Positions 37,021 to 47,851 of a DNA stretch of 64,000 nucleotides are shown one piece after another. The stretch is from assembly GCA_022508525.1 (NCBI GenBank), contig JAFLVA010000003.1, forward strand, positions 39,769 through 103,768. The letters are read 5' to 3'. Made by a program: the position numbers and the translations under genes. The notes below the pieces were generated by a model. The model was not told the DNA's origin. It did not search any database and worked only from the letters and a program-made list of their open reading frames with translations. Positions within the stretch are counted from its first letter, which is position 1. Every line of letters begins with the position of its first letter. This DNA comes from Erysipelotrichales bacterium (GTDB lineage Bacteria; Bacillota_I; Bacilli_A; RFN20; CAG-826).

Positions 37021-38439
37021 ATGAAAGGTTTAAAAAATAAAATTATTGCTCTTTTGTTGCTCTCGTTTGTTGTAAGCGGTTGCGCTAATACAACTAATGA
37101 GACTGCAGGGTTTAAAACAGGCGATGATATTAAATTACTTGATAATATTAAAATGGATTATGACAATGCCATTTTTGATGATTTTGCCAATGGAGTCAAT
37201 AAATCTAATTGGTATATTGGTAATCAAGCCTGGGGTGGTGGCAATGGTGGTGTAATACCAGCAAACGTTAACTATACCGATGATGGTGTTTTAGTTTTCA
37301 CAGCAAACGGAAAATATTATTCTGATAATGATGTCCGTGGTGTGGGAGATGTTAAAGATGGCAGATACACCGGTGCAGCAATCATTTCTAAATTTAAAGT
37401 TCGTTCTGGTAGATTTGAAGTAAAAATGAAAGTTTTGCCACGTCAAGGTGCGTGTACTGCATTTTGGGTTTACGCAAATGATACACAAACTGGAGCTAAC
37501 CACGAAATTGATATTGAGCTACCAGGTGGAAATATAGAAAGACCAGTTACTTTTGAAAATGTTTTAAATACCAACTATATAACAGAAGAATTTAGACAAT
37601 CTCAAGATACAAAAATGTCTTCTTTATATGAGGATGGAAAAGAAGTGTACCTCAATGATGGCGAATGGCATGTTTTTGGATTTGATTGGTACACGAATCC
37701 TGAATTAGTCGTTTATTATGTTGATGGTAAAGTTACTGCAGTATCAGATATATTCGTTCCATTTATGGAATCTAGATTGTGGCTTGGTTGCTGGTTCCCA
37801 GTAACATCATCTTTTGTAGGAACTGCCGAATTTGAAAAAGATAATATGTATGTTGATTATGTTAAATACATTCCGTTCTTAAATCAACCATATGAAGAAT
37901 TTGATCCACCAATTAGTGGCTATGCTTTGGAAAATGAATATCCAACTAGCCCAATTCCTGTACCTAATATCAATAAGATATCAAACGGTACTTTTGAAAA
38001 TATTGCCTCACTTAATATAGGAAGTGCTCTTGCTAATGAAGTAGAAGTATATGGCTGGCATTTAACTAAAAAACTTTCAGAAGATAAAAACTTAGAAGAA
38101 GTTGTAGAAATTATTGATGGTGTAGGATTTGATAATTCCAAAGCATTAATTCTAAAAGATGGAGCAGTAGTGTATCAAACTATAGATTCTGTTTATCACA
38201 ACTTCAAATATGATTTTTCCTTCCATGCTAAAGGTAAAGGAAGAGCAATTGTTGCATTTTATGGCAAAACAACTTCTGAAACATTAGATACTATAACAAT
38301 TAATATTGATGAAGAAGATTTAACTTTATTTACTAAAGAATTAATTGCTCCACAAAATTGTCAATCTATCATGATAAATTTTGATACAAGCGATGGCAAC
38401 TCTTTACTTATTGATAACTTGTCTTTATTAAATAAATAG
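37021..38439 (+). CDS. GH16 glycoside hydrolase lipoprotein with C-terminal CBM-like domain
   Basis: Catalytic motif NHEIDIELPG. Lipobox FVVSGCAN. GAGGTG RBS before ATG 37021 (track start 36934 unlikely). Confidence 0.8.
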   Translation: MKGLKNKIIALLLLSFVVSGCANTTNETAGFKTGDDIKLLDNIKMDYDNAIFDDFANGVNKSNWYIGNQAWGGGNGGVIPANVNYTDDGVLVFTANGKYYSDNDVRGVGDVKDGRYTGAAIISKFKVRSGRFEVKMKVLPRQGACTAFWVYANDTQTGANHEIDIELPGGNIERPVTFENVLNTNYITEEFRQSQDTKMSSLYEDGKEVYLNDGEWHVFGFDWYTNPELVVYYVDGKVTAVSDIFVPFMESRLWLGCWFPVTSSFVGTAEFEKDNMYVDYVKYIPFLNQPYEEFDPPISGYALENEYPTSPIPVPNINKISNGTFENIASLNIGSALANEVEVYGWHLTKKLSEDKNLEEVVEIIDGVGFDNSKALILKDGAVVYQTIDSVYHNFKYDFSFHAKGKGRAIVAFYGKTTSETLDTITINIDEEDLTLFTKELIAPQNCQSIMINFDTSDGNSLLIDNLSLLNK

Positions 38440-38450
38440 AGAGGGGGCAG

Positions 38451-39887
38451 TTGAAAATGCATATAAAAATAAAAACAAAGTCGACAATGTGCATGCTAGC
38501 TTCCATAGTATCATTCGCATTGTTGTTAGTAAGTGGATTAATAATGCTAGGTGGAGAATTCTTCAAATGGATAACCAAAGCATTCCACTATACATACTAT
38601 TTCATATTTTTAAAAACGTTTGACTATAAGACAGGAATAGTTCTAGGCGTAGCATTAATAACGTTAGCGTCTTTAGTGTATTCCTATATGTTAGTTAAGA
38701 AAAATAAAAAATTTCAACCTCATGAAATAATTGCACCATTTACTACAGTAATAATGCCATTTACAGTATTGGCAGCAATAAGAGGAAAAACATTAGGTAT
38801 ATGGGATAGAAGTGCTAAGGTTTTAGCTGTATTAGTGCTTATATTCTTAATAATATATGTAATTACATCTTGTATTACATTGTTCTATTTTTATAAAACA
38901 ACTTATAAAACTGTGCTTGATTTTAAAAAGCCAGACCAAGTAGAAGTAAAAAATACAAAAAAGAAAAAAATGACAAGCAAGCGAAAAAAGGAATTAATTT
39001 TCGTTATTGTTTTACTTGCGTTTCCAGTCTTACAATTTTTAGCAACATGGATATTTGTCAATTCTTATTCGATTATTTTAGCTTTTGAGAATGTGAGTTT
39101 TGAAGGCGAAGTAACTTTCGCAGGATTTTCTAATTTCTTGAAAGTTATTGAAAATATATTTGATGCTTCGAAAGATCCAATCCGGGTTGGAAGTGTAGAT
39201 ATATCATCTACTTTAATGATTTTCTTAAACTCACTAGGATATACTTTGATAACTATTTTTGTTAGTTTGCCACTTGCATTGATAAGTTCTTATTTCTTAT
39301 CTAAAAAAATGCCACTTGCAAATGTATTTAGAGTAATATTCTTTTTACCAAATATCATATCAACTGTCGCTCTTGTTTATGCGTTTAGAATGCAGACAAT
39401 TGATCCGAATGCTGGATTGTTATATCAATTCTTTAAATCAATTGGTATAACTCATGAAAACTGGCCATCAACAACAACGATTGTTTATATTTATTGTATT
39501 TGGGCTGGCTTAGGATATAATGTCTTACTTTTATCTGGTGCTATTGGAAGAATTCCAAAAGAATTATTTGAATCCGCTCAAATGGATGGTGCAGGATCAT
39601 TTAAAGAATTTACAAAAATTATGATTCCAATGATTTGGCCAACAGTTGTTACATTAGTGGTTTTAGGCTTAACAAGTATCTTAACGCTATATTTACAACC
39701 ATATCTCTTTAATTTAAATAATAACGAAACTATTGCAGGTGCAATCTTTAATAACGTAAGTGACGCAAATACAGTAGATTATCCATATTATGCGGCATTT
39801 GGTTTATTGTTCTCGTTTGTTTTAGCACCATTAATCCTCTATATCCGAAAAGTTATTTCCAAAAAATATTCGGATACAGATTGTTAA
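38451..39887 (+). CDS. ABC sugar permease (MalF-like) with a long N-terminal multi-TM extension
   Basis: EAA-type loop ESAQMDGAGSFKEFTKIMIP. ATG at 38457 likely the true start (G-rich SD). Confidence 0.8.
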   Translation: MKMHIKIKTKSTMCMLASIVSFALLLVSGLIMLGGEFFKWITKAFHYTYYFIFLKTFDYKTGIVLGVALITLASLVYSYMLVKKNKKFQPHEIIAPFTTVIMPFTVLAAIRGKTLGIWDRSAKVLAVLVLIFLIIYVITSCITLFYFYKTTYKTVLDFKKPDQVEVKNTKKKKMTSKRKKELIFVIVLLAFPVLQFLATWIFVNSYSIILAFENVSFEGEVTFAGFSNFLKVIENIFDASKDPIRVGSVDISSTLMIFLNSLGYTLITIFVSLPLALISSYFLSKKMPLANVFRVIFFLPNIISTVALVYAFRMQTIDPNAGLLYQFFKSIGITHENWPSTTTIVYIYCIWAGLGYNVLLLSGAIGRIPKELFESAQMDGAGSFKEFTKIMIPMIWPTVVTLVVLGLTSILTLYLQPYLFNLNNNETIAGAIFNNVSDANTVDYPYYAAFGLLFSFVLAPLILYIRKVISKKYSDTDC

Positions 39888-39900
39888 AGGAGGGAAAATC

Positions 39901-40785
39901 ATGGAAAATGCTTTAAAAAAGAAAAGAAAAAATCCTATTGCATCATTTGGTTTGTGGATTGCCTTTATTGTCTTTGCTTTATATTCAATTTCTCTACTTT
40001 TCCCATTCATTTGGATTTTAATTAATTCATTTAGAAATTTAGAAGAATGGCGAGCAATTACAACTATTAATGGTTATTGGTCTTTGCCATCTAAATGGGA
40101 GTTTGGTAATTATATTACGACGCTTACAAAAAGCATAAGTGGCGATGATAACATTCTTTCAATGATATTTTATTCAGTACTTTTAACTGTTTTAGGTACT
40201 ATTGTTAATGTGTTCTTTTCCGCTTGTGCTGCATATGTCGTAGCAAAGTATGAATTTCCAGGTAAAAAGTTACTTTTCTCTTTAGCGATTTTTGCGATGG
40301 TTGTGCCAATTGTTGGTACTTTACCAGCACAAGTACGCTTTATGGAAATGTTACATTTAGATGATTCAGTTATTGGTGTTTTATTCCTATATTCAGGTGC
40401 CTTTGGTTTTAACTTTATTTTACTACATTCGGCATTCCAAAGTATTTCTTGGAATTATGCTGAAGCAGCCCAGATGGATGGGGCAGGTCATTTCTCAATA
40501 TTTTTCAAAGTTATGATTCCAATGTGTAAAGGACCAATTATCTCATGTTGTATTTTACAAGCAATAACTTTGTGGAATGATTATTCAACTCCATTCTTAT
40601 TCTTAAAATCACATAAAACATTGGCTGTAGGTTTGCAATCAATTCAAGCAGGTTTAGCAAACAGTCAAGAATATCCTATTATGTTTGCGGCAATTATTAT
40701 TTCAATTCTTCCAGTATTGATTTTATATGCTGCTTTCCAAAAGAAGATTATAGAAAATACTGTAGCAGGAGGTTTAAAAGGATAA
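39901..40785 (+). CDS. ABC sugar permease (MalG-like)
   Basis: EAAQMDGAGHFSIFFKVMIP loop, six TM segments. Confidence 0.85.
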   Translation: MENALKKKRKNPIASFGLWIAFIVFALYSISLLFPFIWILINSFRNLEEWRAITTINGYWSLPSKWEFGNYITTLTKSISGDDNILSMIFYSVLLTVLGTIVNVFFSACAAYVVAKYEFPGKKLLFSLAIFAMVVPIVGTLPAQVRFMEMLHLDDSVIGVLFLYSGAFGFNFILLHSAFQSISWNYAEAAQMDGAGHFSIFFKVMIPMCKGPIISCCILQAITLWNDYSTPFLFLKSHKTLAVGLQSIQAGLANSQEYPIMFAAIIISILPVLILYAAFQKKIIENTVAGGLKG

Positions 40786-40786
40786 T

Positions 40787-43700
40787 ATGAAAAAGACATG
40801 GCTTTTTGTTAGTGGATTATTAGCTCTTGGTATATTATCTAGTTGTTCTAGTACTCCAACTTTAACATTCTCTCAAGATGAATATCAAATTTATAGTGGT
40901 GATAAAGTAACTGTAAAAGAGAATTATCGCGGTGTTAAATATGAAATCGTAAGTTGTGATTATGAAAATATTACTTTGGATTCCAACACAGGTACTTTTA
41001 CGTATGATGAAACTATACCTAATGGTGCACAAGTTTTATATATCGCAACTTACAAAGATATTCAATCTGAACCAATTGTTATAACTTTACTTCATGAATA
41101 TGAAGATGCGACAATTGAATTCCAAAATCTTTCCGATTATGTCGTAAATGGTGAATTTGTTACTGGTAAAGCGTCGCTTCCTTATGCAGTAACATATACC
41201 CTAAAAGATAGAGTGCCTGGTATTACTATTAACGAATATACTGGTAAGGTTTCCTACACAAGTCAGGTAGAAGATGGGACAGAATTTACTGTTGTTGCTC
41301 ATACACATAATGGTGTAACAGAAGAAAAATCATTTTATGCAATGACAAAAAACTTTGTTAAAGTTGAGAATACACGTCAAGTCACAGAAAAAGGTAGTAG
41401 CCTTAAGGCCACATATGTCCTTGATTTCAGTGAGAATCGTGGTGTTAGAGAACAAGGTGTTATTGCTCTAACTAATGAAAAAAACGTAATAATAGATTCT
41501 AGTAATTATACATATGACAAAAATAATAATACGTTAACTATAAGTTCTAATTATTTAAATACTTTAATGGATGGTGAAAATGTTTTTAAAATCATCACCG
41601 CTAGAAACGCTGTTACAGTAACAGTCGAAATTGCAACCAAGTTTATATATACAGCTAGTGATTTAGCATCCATCAATGATTCCGAAGAAAGTTTAGAAGG
41701 ATATTATATTTTAATGGATGATATTGATATGACAGAGTATTTGGCCAAAGGTGGCGAGGGATATAACGATGGTAAAGGCTGGACACCAATTGGCTTATAT
41801 CAAGATGTTTTAGATTACAATATTGCTACTAAAAAGGCTTTTAAAGGAACTTTTGAAGGTAATGGCCACGTTATTTCAAATGTTCAAGCAACACGTCATG
41901 ATGAAAGTTCGTTTAACTGTGGATTATTTGGCTATTTAACAACATCCGCGGTTATTAGAAATTTAGGTGTAACTGGTTATTTCAATGTTTCCTCTTATTC
42001 AGGTGGATTAGTAGGTTCGAATTCTGGCACAATTACAAATTGTTGGGCAGATGTAGATATGGAAGTTTATACAGGAGAAGAAGTTTATCGTTATGTTGGA
42101 GGATTCGTAGGTAACAATTTTGGTATTATTGAAAATTGTTATTCTCTTGGTAACGTTAACTCTGATCAAGATTTTGGATCTTTCGCCGGATATAATGAAG
42201 GTGACATAATCAATTGCTTTGCTATGAAAACTAAGAATTCACAAAAGTTCTTAGGATTTGGCACTAACTCAGGAACAACTGTATTAGCAGAAAACCTTGA
42301 TCAATTAAAAAGTTTAAATTGGGAAGAATATTTCTCTAAAGAATATTGGAATTTTGAAATTGGTAATTTACCTACTTTGAAAAACACATTAAAAGAATAC
42401 GCTATTCGTCGTATAGCTATTGATCGTTCAATATTACAAAAAAATTATTTTATGGGCGATAAAATTGAATTTAAGACAAAGATTTATCCTGAATCTTTAC
42501 AAAGTGAATATGAGCATTTAGTTACTTACTCCGTAGAAAAAAATGGTGGAATTAAATTTACTGGAAATGTCTTAGACACTTTAAATGCAAAAGAAGAAAA
42601 AGTTGTAGTAACTGCCTCTTTAGAATATGAAGGTGATGTTTTTGAAGATACAGTCACTATTATTTTAAATACCAAAATTGAAGAGATTACTTTAGAGACA
42701 TCTCTTACAACTCTTAAAGCTGGATTTAGCTATAAATTAACAGCAAACTATTCACCAATAGAAGCAACAGAAGGAATAATTTATCATGCAAGTGCAACAT
42801 CACTAGCAGGTATAACTATTAACGATGATATTTTAACAATTGATGAAGATGTTCAAATTACACAGTTAGAAATATATGCAACTAGTGCGATTGGAAAAGT
42901 TCGTTCTAATACTTTAAAATTCTCTATTAATGTTATAAAGAGCATTGGAAAAGATATCGTATATAACAATGATACAAGAGATTTAGAATTCAAATTTGAT
43001 AGCATGCTTGATTTGAATGATATGAGTGTTTTATGTTTTGGAAAACCTGTTGCTTATGAGGTTTCAAATAATGTAGTCACAATTAATAAATCCTATTTAG
43101 ATGATGTGAAAGATACAAGAGTGCCAGTTGTATTTACTTTAAACGATGGTACAAGATATAGAGCAGATGCTTATTATATGTCACATGATGAGTACACCTT
43201 AGAATATGTGAAGTCTCATGAACAAAACGTTATTGAAATAAATTCATATAAAGATTTTGATAAATATTTTAATGTCTTAACTTATGATGAAAGTAAATAT
43301 GAAAATTACGATAAGGTTTTCGTTTTAACTTCAGACATAAATTTTCAAGGAAAAGAAATACGTGGAATTGGTTTTTCTTCAGATGATAATTCCAAATATG
43401 CATTTAAAGGAAAAATCTATGGTTGCGGACATACCATTTCTAATTTTACAATTCGCGAGAACGAGATGGGCTTTACTGAAGGTAATAATTTAAAGACAAA
43501 ATATGGTGTTGGATTGATTGGATGCCTTGATGGTGGAGAACTATATGATATCAAGCTTTCTAATATTAAAATTCGCGGCAATAATTTTGTCGGTGGATTA
43601 GTTGGTCTTATGAAAACAGGCATAGTGGAAAATTGTGAAGTCATCAACAACGGAACATCAAGCATTATGGCAAGTGACTATGAATATTCACAAGAAGATA

Positions 43701-43789
43701 TACATGTTGGCGGTATTGTCGGTATTTCTTATGGTGGCAAATGTTTCGCTAATTACTATAAAAATATTACGACTAACGCAATAGGATAA
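40787..43789 (+). CDS. Large lipoprotein with Ig-like (BIG2-type) domains and two GLUG-motif regions
   Basis: Lipobox ILSSCSS. FKGTFEGNGHVISN..GLFGY..GGLVGSNSGTITNC..GGFVGNNFG, and again GKIYGCGHTISN..VGGLVGLM.. Confidence 0.7.
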   Translation: MKKTWLFVSGLLALGILSSCSSTPTLTFSQDEYQIYSGDKVTVKENYRGVKYEIVSCDYENITLDSNTGTFTYDETIPNGAQVLYIATYKDIQSEPIVITLLHEYEDATIEFQNLSDYVVNGEFVTGKASLPYAVTYTLKDRVPGITINEYTGKVSYTSQVEDGTEFTVVAHTHNGVTEEKSFYAMTKNFVKVENTRQVTEKGSSLKATYVLDFSENRGVREQGVIALTNEKNVIIDSSNYTYDKNNNTLTISSNYLNTLMDGENVFKIITARNAVTVTVEIATKFIYTASDLASINDSEESLEGYYILMDDIDMTEYLAKGGEGYNDGKGWTPIGLYQDVLDYNIATKKAFKGTFEGNGHVISNVQATRHDESSFNCGLFGYLTTSAVIRNLGVTGYFNVSSYSGGLVGSNSGTITNCWADVDMEVYTGEEVYRYVGGFVGNNFGIIENCYSLGNVNSDQDFGSFAGYNEGDIINCFAMKTKNSQKFLGFGTNSGTTVLAENLDQLKSLNWEEYFSKEYWNFEIGNLPTLKNTLKEYAIRRIAIDRSILQKNYFMGDKIEFKTKIYPESLQSEYEHLVTYSVEKNGGIKFTGNVLDTLNAKEEKVVVTASLEYEGDVFEDTVTIILNTKIEEITLETSLTTLKAGFSYKLTANYSPIEATEGIIYHASATSLAGITINDDILTIDEDVQITQLEIYATSAIGKVRSNTLKFSINVIKSIGKDIVYNNDTRDLEFKFDSMLDLNDMSVLCFGKPVAYEVSNNVVTINKSYLDDVKDTRVPVVFTLNDGTRYRADAYYMSHDEYTLEYVKSHEQNVIEINSYKDFDKYFNVLTYDESKYENYDKVFVLTSDINFQGKEIRGIGFSSDDNSKYAFKGKIYGCGHTISNFTIRENEMGFTEGNNLKTKYGVGLIGCLDGGELYDIKLSNIKIRGNNFVGGLVGLMKTGIVENCEVINNGTSSIMASDYEYSQEDIHVGGIVGISYGGKCFANYYKNITTNAIG

Positions 43790-43804
43790 GGAGGAAAGAT
43801 TCTT

Positions 43805-44965
43805 ATGGTAAAACAAAAGTTTGGAAGGACTCAATCTTATGCCCGGGCAGTCAATAATGAACTTGTAATTGAGCAACTTCGTGAACGTGATTATTCTGCA
43901 ACTGACTTGGCTGAAAATTTATGTTTATCACATGCTACAATATCATCAATTTTAAAAGGTTTATTAGATAAAGGAATTATTAAGATTTCTTATTCTATAT
44001 CAAAAGCAGGTAAAGGAAGAAAACAAGTATACTATTCTCTTGATGAGGATTACGGAATCATTATTGTCGTTTCTTTATCCGATAACCGTTATAACATTAC
44101 AATTAGTAATATTAAAGAAAAGGTACTATATCGTGAAGAAAAAGAAATTGAACGTTATGATGTTGCAATTATCTATGAGTTAGTACTCCATCTAAAAAGA
44201 ATTCTTGCTAAGGATAGTTTAAATAATATTTTACTTAGAAATATTATTATTGCGGTTCCTGGACGTGTTAATTCGGTAACAAATGAATTACAACTCTCTA
44301 AACATTTCGATCGCGATTTGTTCTATGGAAAGAATAATATTAGAACAATTTTTGAAAATCATTTTGATACACCAGTTATGATGGAAAATGACATAAATCT
44401 ATCTATCATTGGCGAAATGAAAAGTGGATGTTTAACAGGTGTTGAAAATGCGATGCTAGTATATATCGATAATGGTATGGGTGGAGCATTACTTATTAAT
44501 GGCAAATTCTATGGAGGCTCATCAGGATATGCAGGCGAAATTGGATTAATGCAATGCGATTTTAATGGTCAAAGTAGTTATTTAGATGAATTTGCATCAT
44601 TACGTAGTATTAAAGAATATGCTAAAAGCAAGTTTGGTCAGACATTTAAGGTCGATGGCTTAGTAGAAGAATATAAGAAAAAAGGCGAACTTTATAATTA
44701 TATAAATGAAACTGCACGTTTAGTTGGTCGTAAATTACGTGACATTATTGAAATACTAAACGTCTCTACTATTGTTATATCTGGTAGAGTTGTATTATTT
44801 GGAGAAGATTATTTGAATTGTATTCGTGAAGAAACAAACAAATCACAAAACGAATGTTTAATTCAATTTTCTCAACTTGTAAATAATTCAAAATTAATAG
44901 GTGCAATGTCTAAATCAGTAGATAATTCTATCCCGCATTTAGCACGTGCAACTGTAAAGATTTAG
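43805..44965 (+). CDS. ROK family transcriptional regulator
   Basis: N-terminal wHTH SATDLAENLCLSHATISSILKGLLDKGIIK. ROK sugar-kinase-like core with GYAGEIG. Confidence 0.8.
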   Translation: MVKQKFGRTQSYARAVNNELVIEQLRERDYSATDLAENLCLSHATISSILKGLLDKGIIKISYSISKAGKGRKQVYYSLDEDYGIIIVVSLSDNRYNITISNIKEKVLYREEKEIERYDVAIIYELVLHLKRILAKDSLNNILLRNIIIAVPGRVNSVTNELQLSKHFDRDLFYGKNNIRTIFENHFDTPVMMENDINLSIIGEMKSGCLTGVENAMLVYIDNGMGGALLINGKFYGGSSGYAGEIGLMQCDFNGQSSYLDEFASLRSIKEYAKSKFGQTFKVDGLVEEYKKKGELYNYINETARLVGRKLRDIIEILNVSTIVISGRVVLFGEDYLNCIREETNKSQNECLIQFSQLVNNSKLIGAMSKSVDNSIPHLARATVKI

Positions 44966-44976
44966 GTGGTGATTAA

Positions 44977-46488
44977 ATGTTTAAATTATTAGAAATTTCT
45001 TTATTATCACTAGTATCGATGGGAATGCCACTAAAGATAAGTGATAGTGTAGTTGAATTACCAAACGAGCATCAAACACCTAAAATGATTACAATGAATT
45101 TGTATTCTGATAGTGCTTCACAAATGGCATTTAGGTGGAATACTGATTATCGCGCTGATAGTGATCTTCAAGTAATCAAAGCAAGTGATGGCGATTTTAA
45201 TTCTGCGAACTTATTAGAATTTAGTGGAAAAACAGAAAAGAGCCGTGTGCAAAATGATGGATTTATACATAGTGTTGTTGCAACGGATTTAGAAAAAAAT
45301 ACTAAATATCTTTATCGGCTTGGAGACAAAGAATTAAACTTATGGTCAGATGTCGGATCATTCACAACAGAAAACGATAATGAGTATACTTCATTCTTAC
45401 ATATTTCTGATCCTCAAGTTATGGAGGAATTACATTCTTCAACTTATAGTGAACTATTAGGAAAAATAACAAGTGAAGTAGATTTAGACTTTATGTGTGT
45501 ATCAGGAGATTTGGTAAATAGTTCTTGGGTTGATCATAATCCAATTTTAGAACAATGGGACTTGGCGTTAACTAATCAGGCAGAATATTTACAAAATATC
45601 CCTATGATGGCAGTTGCAGGAAACCATGAAGCGGCAGACTATGACTTCGCTTCACGATTCAATCTTCCAATTGATGATTTAAATCAAGATGTTAAATCAG
45701 GTGTCTATTATTCTTATGATTATCATAACATTCATTTTATTTGTTTAAATACAAACGACACGTTAAATCCAAATAGCCCTACAGACGCAACTGGCTTATC
45801 TAATGCTCAAATAGAATGGCTTAAAAATGATTTAGAAAAATCTAAAGATGCCGAATGGAAAATTGTCATGATGCATAAGGGCATTTATGATGCTGGTAGT
45901 CATGCTTCAAATAAAGATGGCGAAGATTACGATATTGCTCTTATTCGTAAACAACTTGCACCATTATTCAGTAAGTATAATGTTGATTTAGTGCTTCAAG
46001 GACATGATCATTTATATTCACGTTCTTATCCTATTGAAAGTTCAATTAATAATAATGAACTAGTTTCTAAAACCAAAGAGGAAGAAGTTATTGAATTAAG
46101 TCATGATGATCAAACATATCGTGGATATCTTAATCCAAGTGGACCAATTTATGTCAATACTGGTTCAGCATCAGGATCTAAATATTACGGAGTAACTGAT
46201 TATGATTCAAAAGTTATGCCAATTGAAAAGGCCTATGGACCTAATAATCGTATGTTAACATCGTATTATGTTGAGGATAATACCTTGTACGCAAATGTAT
46301 ATGAAATAGTAAATGGTGAATTATCACTTTACGACACATTTGCCATAAAAAAGGAACAGGTTCATGTTTCTGATGATAAGGTCTTTATTAAAGTGATTTT
46401 TATTGTTACTAGTGTGATTGTGTCGTGTGGTGCAGGAGTAGGATTATTCTTTGTATTAAATAAAGATAAATATAAGGAGGGAAACTAA
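44977..46488 (+). CDS. Membrane-anchored metallophosphoesterase (purple-acid-phosphatase-like)
   Basis: HISDPQ, SGDLVN, AGNHE, MMHKG, GHDHLY motifs. C-terminal TM helix. Confidence 0.8.
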   Translation: MFKLLEISLLSLVSMGMPLKISDSVVELPNEHQTPKMITMNLYSDSASQMAFRWNTDYRADSDLQVIKASDGDFNSANLLEFSGKTEKSRVQNDGFIHSVVATDLEKNTKYLYRLGDKELNLWSDVGSFTTENDNEYTSFLHISDPQVMEELHSSTYSELLGKITSEVDLDFMCVSGDLVNSSWVDHNPILEQWDLALTNQAEYLQNIPMMAVAGNHEAADYDFASRFNLPIDDLNQDVKSGVYYSYDYHNIHFICLNTNDTLNPNSPTDATGLSNAQIEWLKNDLEKSKDAEWKIVMMHKGIYDAGSHASNKDGEDYDIALIRKQLAPLFSKYNVDLVLQGHDHLYSRSYPIESSINNNELVSKTKEEEVIELSHDDQTYRGYLNPSGPIYVNTGSASGSKYYGVTDYDSKVMPIEKAYGPNNRMLTSYYVEDNTLYANVYEIVNGELSLYDTFAIKKEQVHVSDDKVFIKVIFIVTSVIVSCGAGVGLFFVLNKDKYKEGN

Positions 46489-47835
46489 ATGGCTAGTTTA
46501 AATCTAAAAAATATCACAAAAATTTACAAAGGAAATGTTAAAGCAGTATCTGATTTTAATATGGATATTGAAGATGGAGAATTCATTGTCTTTGTTGGAC
46601 CATCAGGATGTGGAAAATCTACTACACTTCGAATGATTGCAGGGTTAGAAGATATATCTGATGGTGAACTCTACATTGATGGAAAGTACATGAACGATGT
46701 AGAACCAAAAGATCGTGACTTAGCAATGGTTTTCCAAAACTATGCTTTATATCCTTATTTAACAGTTTACGAAAATATTGCTTTTGGTTTAAGAATGCGA
46801 AAAATCAAAGTTTATGACAAGGATCAAAATGGCAATCAAATTCTTATAGTTAATCAAAAACAAATAAAAGAAATAAAAGCAGAGATTAAAAAATTAGAAA
46901 AATCTAAGAAGAAAGCAAATGAGGATGAATTAGCTGAAATAAATGCAAAAATTTCCGAATTAAAAACTAAAATAAATGATTTAGAAAATAATCCTAGTGC
47001 TCCAAAATATCATACTCGCAAATTTACAAATGCGGAAATTGATGAAAAAGTACAAGCGGTTGCCACGATGCTTGGTATTAAAGAATATCTTAAACGTAAA
47101 CCAGGTGCATTATCAGGTGGACAAAGACAACGTGTTGCATTAGGAAGAGCGATTGTAAGAGATGCAAGAGTATATCTTTTTGATGAGCCACTTAGTAACT
47201 TGGATGCTAAACTTCGTGCAGCAATGCGAGTTGAAATAACTAATTTACATCATAAATTAAATACTACATTTATTTATGTTACTCATGATCAAGTCGAAGC
47301 TATGACAATGGGTACAAGAATCGTAGTAATGAAAGATGGTATTGTCCAACAAATTGATACTCCAACAAATTTATATGATCATCCAATTAATAAATTTGTC
47401 GCAGGATTTATTGGTACACCTCCGATGAATTTCTTCAACGTAAATATTAAAAAGAATAAATCTAGTTATGATGTTTACTTTAATGAAAAACAAAACGTTA
47501 ATATTGGAAAACTTACTCTTAATGAAACTTATAAAGAACAAAGCGAATTTAAAGCAATATTAGGTGTAAGAAGCGAAGATATCCATCTTGCTAGTGATCA
47601 CGAAGAGAGCTTTGAAGCAAGAGTGAAAATTGTAGAAACTCTTGGTAGCGAATGCCTTGTATATATGAAATTAACTAACGAAGAAGAAACATTACTTTCC
47701 AGCAATGAATTCGTCATGAAAGTACAAGGAAGATGTTCTTATGTTAATGGTGATGTTATAAGAATCGCCTTTAATAATGAGCATATACATTTATTTGATA
47801 ATGACACTGAATACAGTGTTCTTATAGAAAAATAG
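46489..47835 (+). CDS. ABC sugar-import ATPase (MsmK/MalK/UgpC type) with about 70-aa insertion
   Basis: [38 protein letters not shown]. Lys/Glu-rich insert between the Q-loop region and the signature motif. Confidence 0.88.
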   Translation: MASLNLKNITKIYKGNVKAVSDFNMDIEDGEFIVFVGPSGCGKSTTLRMIAGLEDISDGELYIDGKYMNDVEPKDRDLAMVFQNYALYPYLTVYENIAFGLRMRKIKVYDKDQNGNQILIVNQKQIKEIKAEIKKLEKSKKKANEDELAEINAKISELKTKINDLENNPSAPKYHTRKFTNAEIDEKVQAVATMLGIKEYLKRKPGALSGGQRQRVALGRAIVRDARVYLFDEPLSNLDAKLRAAMRVEITNLHHKLNTTFIYVTHDQVEAMTMGTRIVVMKDGIVQQIDTPTNLYDHPINKFVAGFIGTPPMNFFNVNIKKNKSSYDVYFNEKQNVNIGKLTLNETYKEQSEFKAILGVRSEDIHLASDHEESFEARVKIVETLGSECLVYMKLTNEEETLLSSNEFVMKVQGRCSYVNGDVIRIAFNNEHIHLFDNDTEYSVLIEK

Positions 47836-47851
47836 AAAGGGAGAAAAAAAC

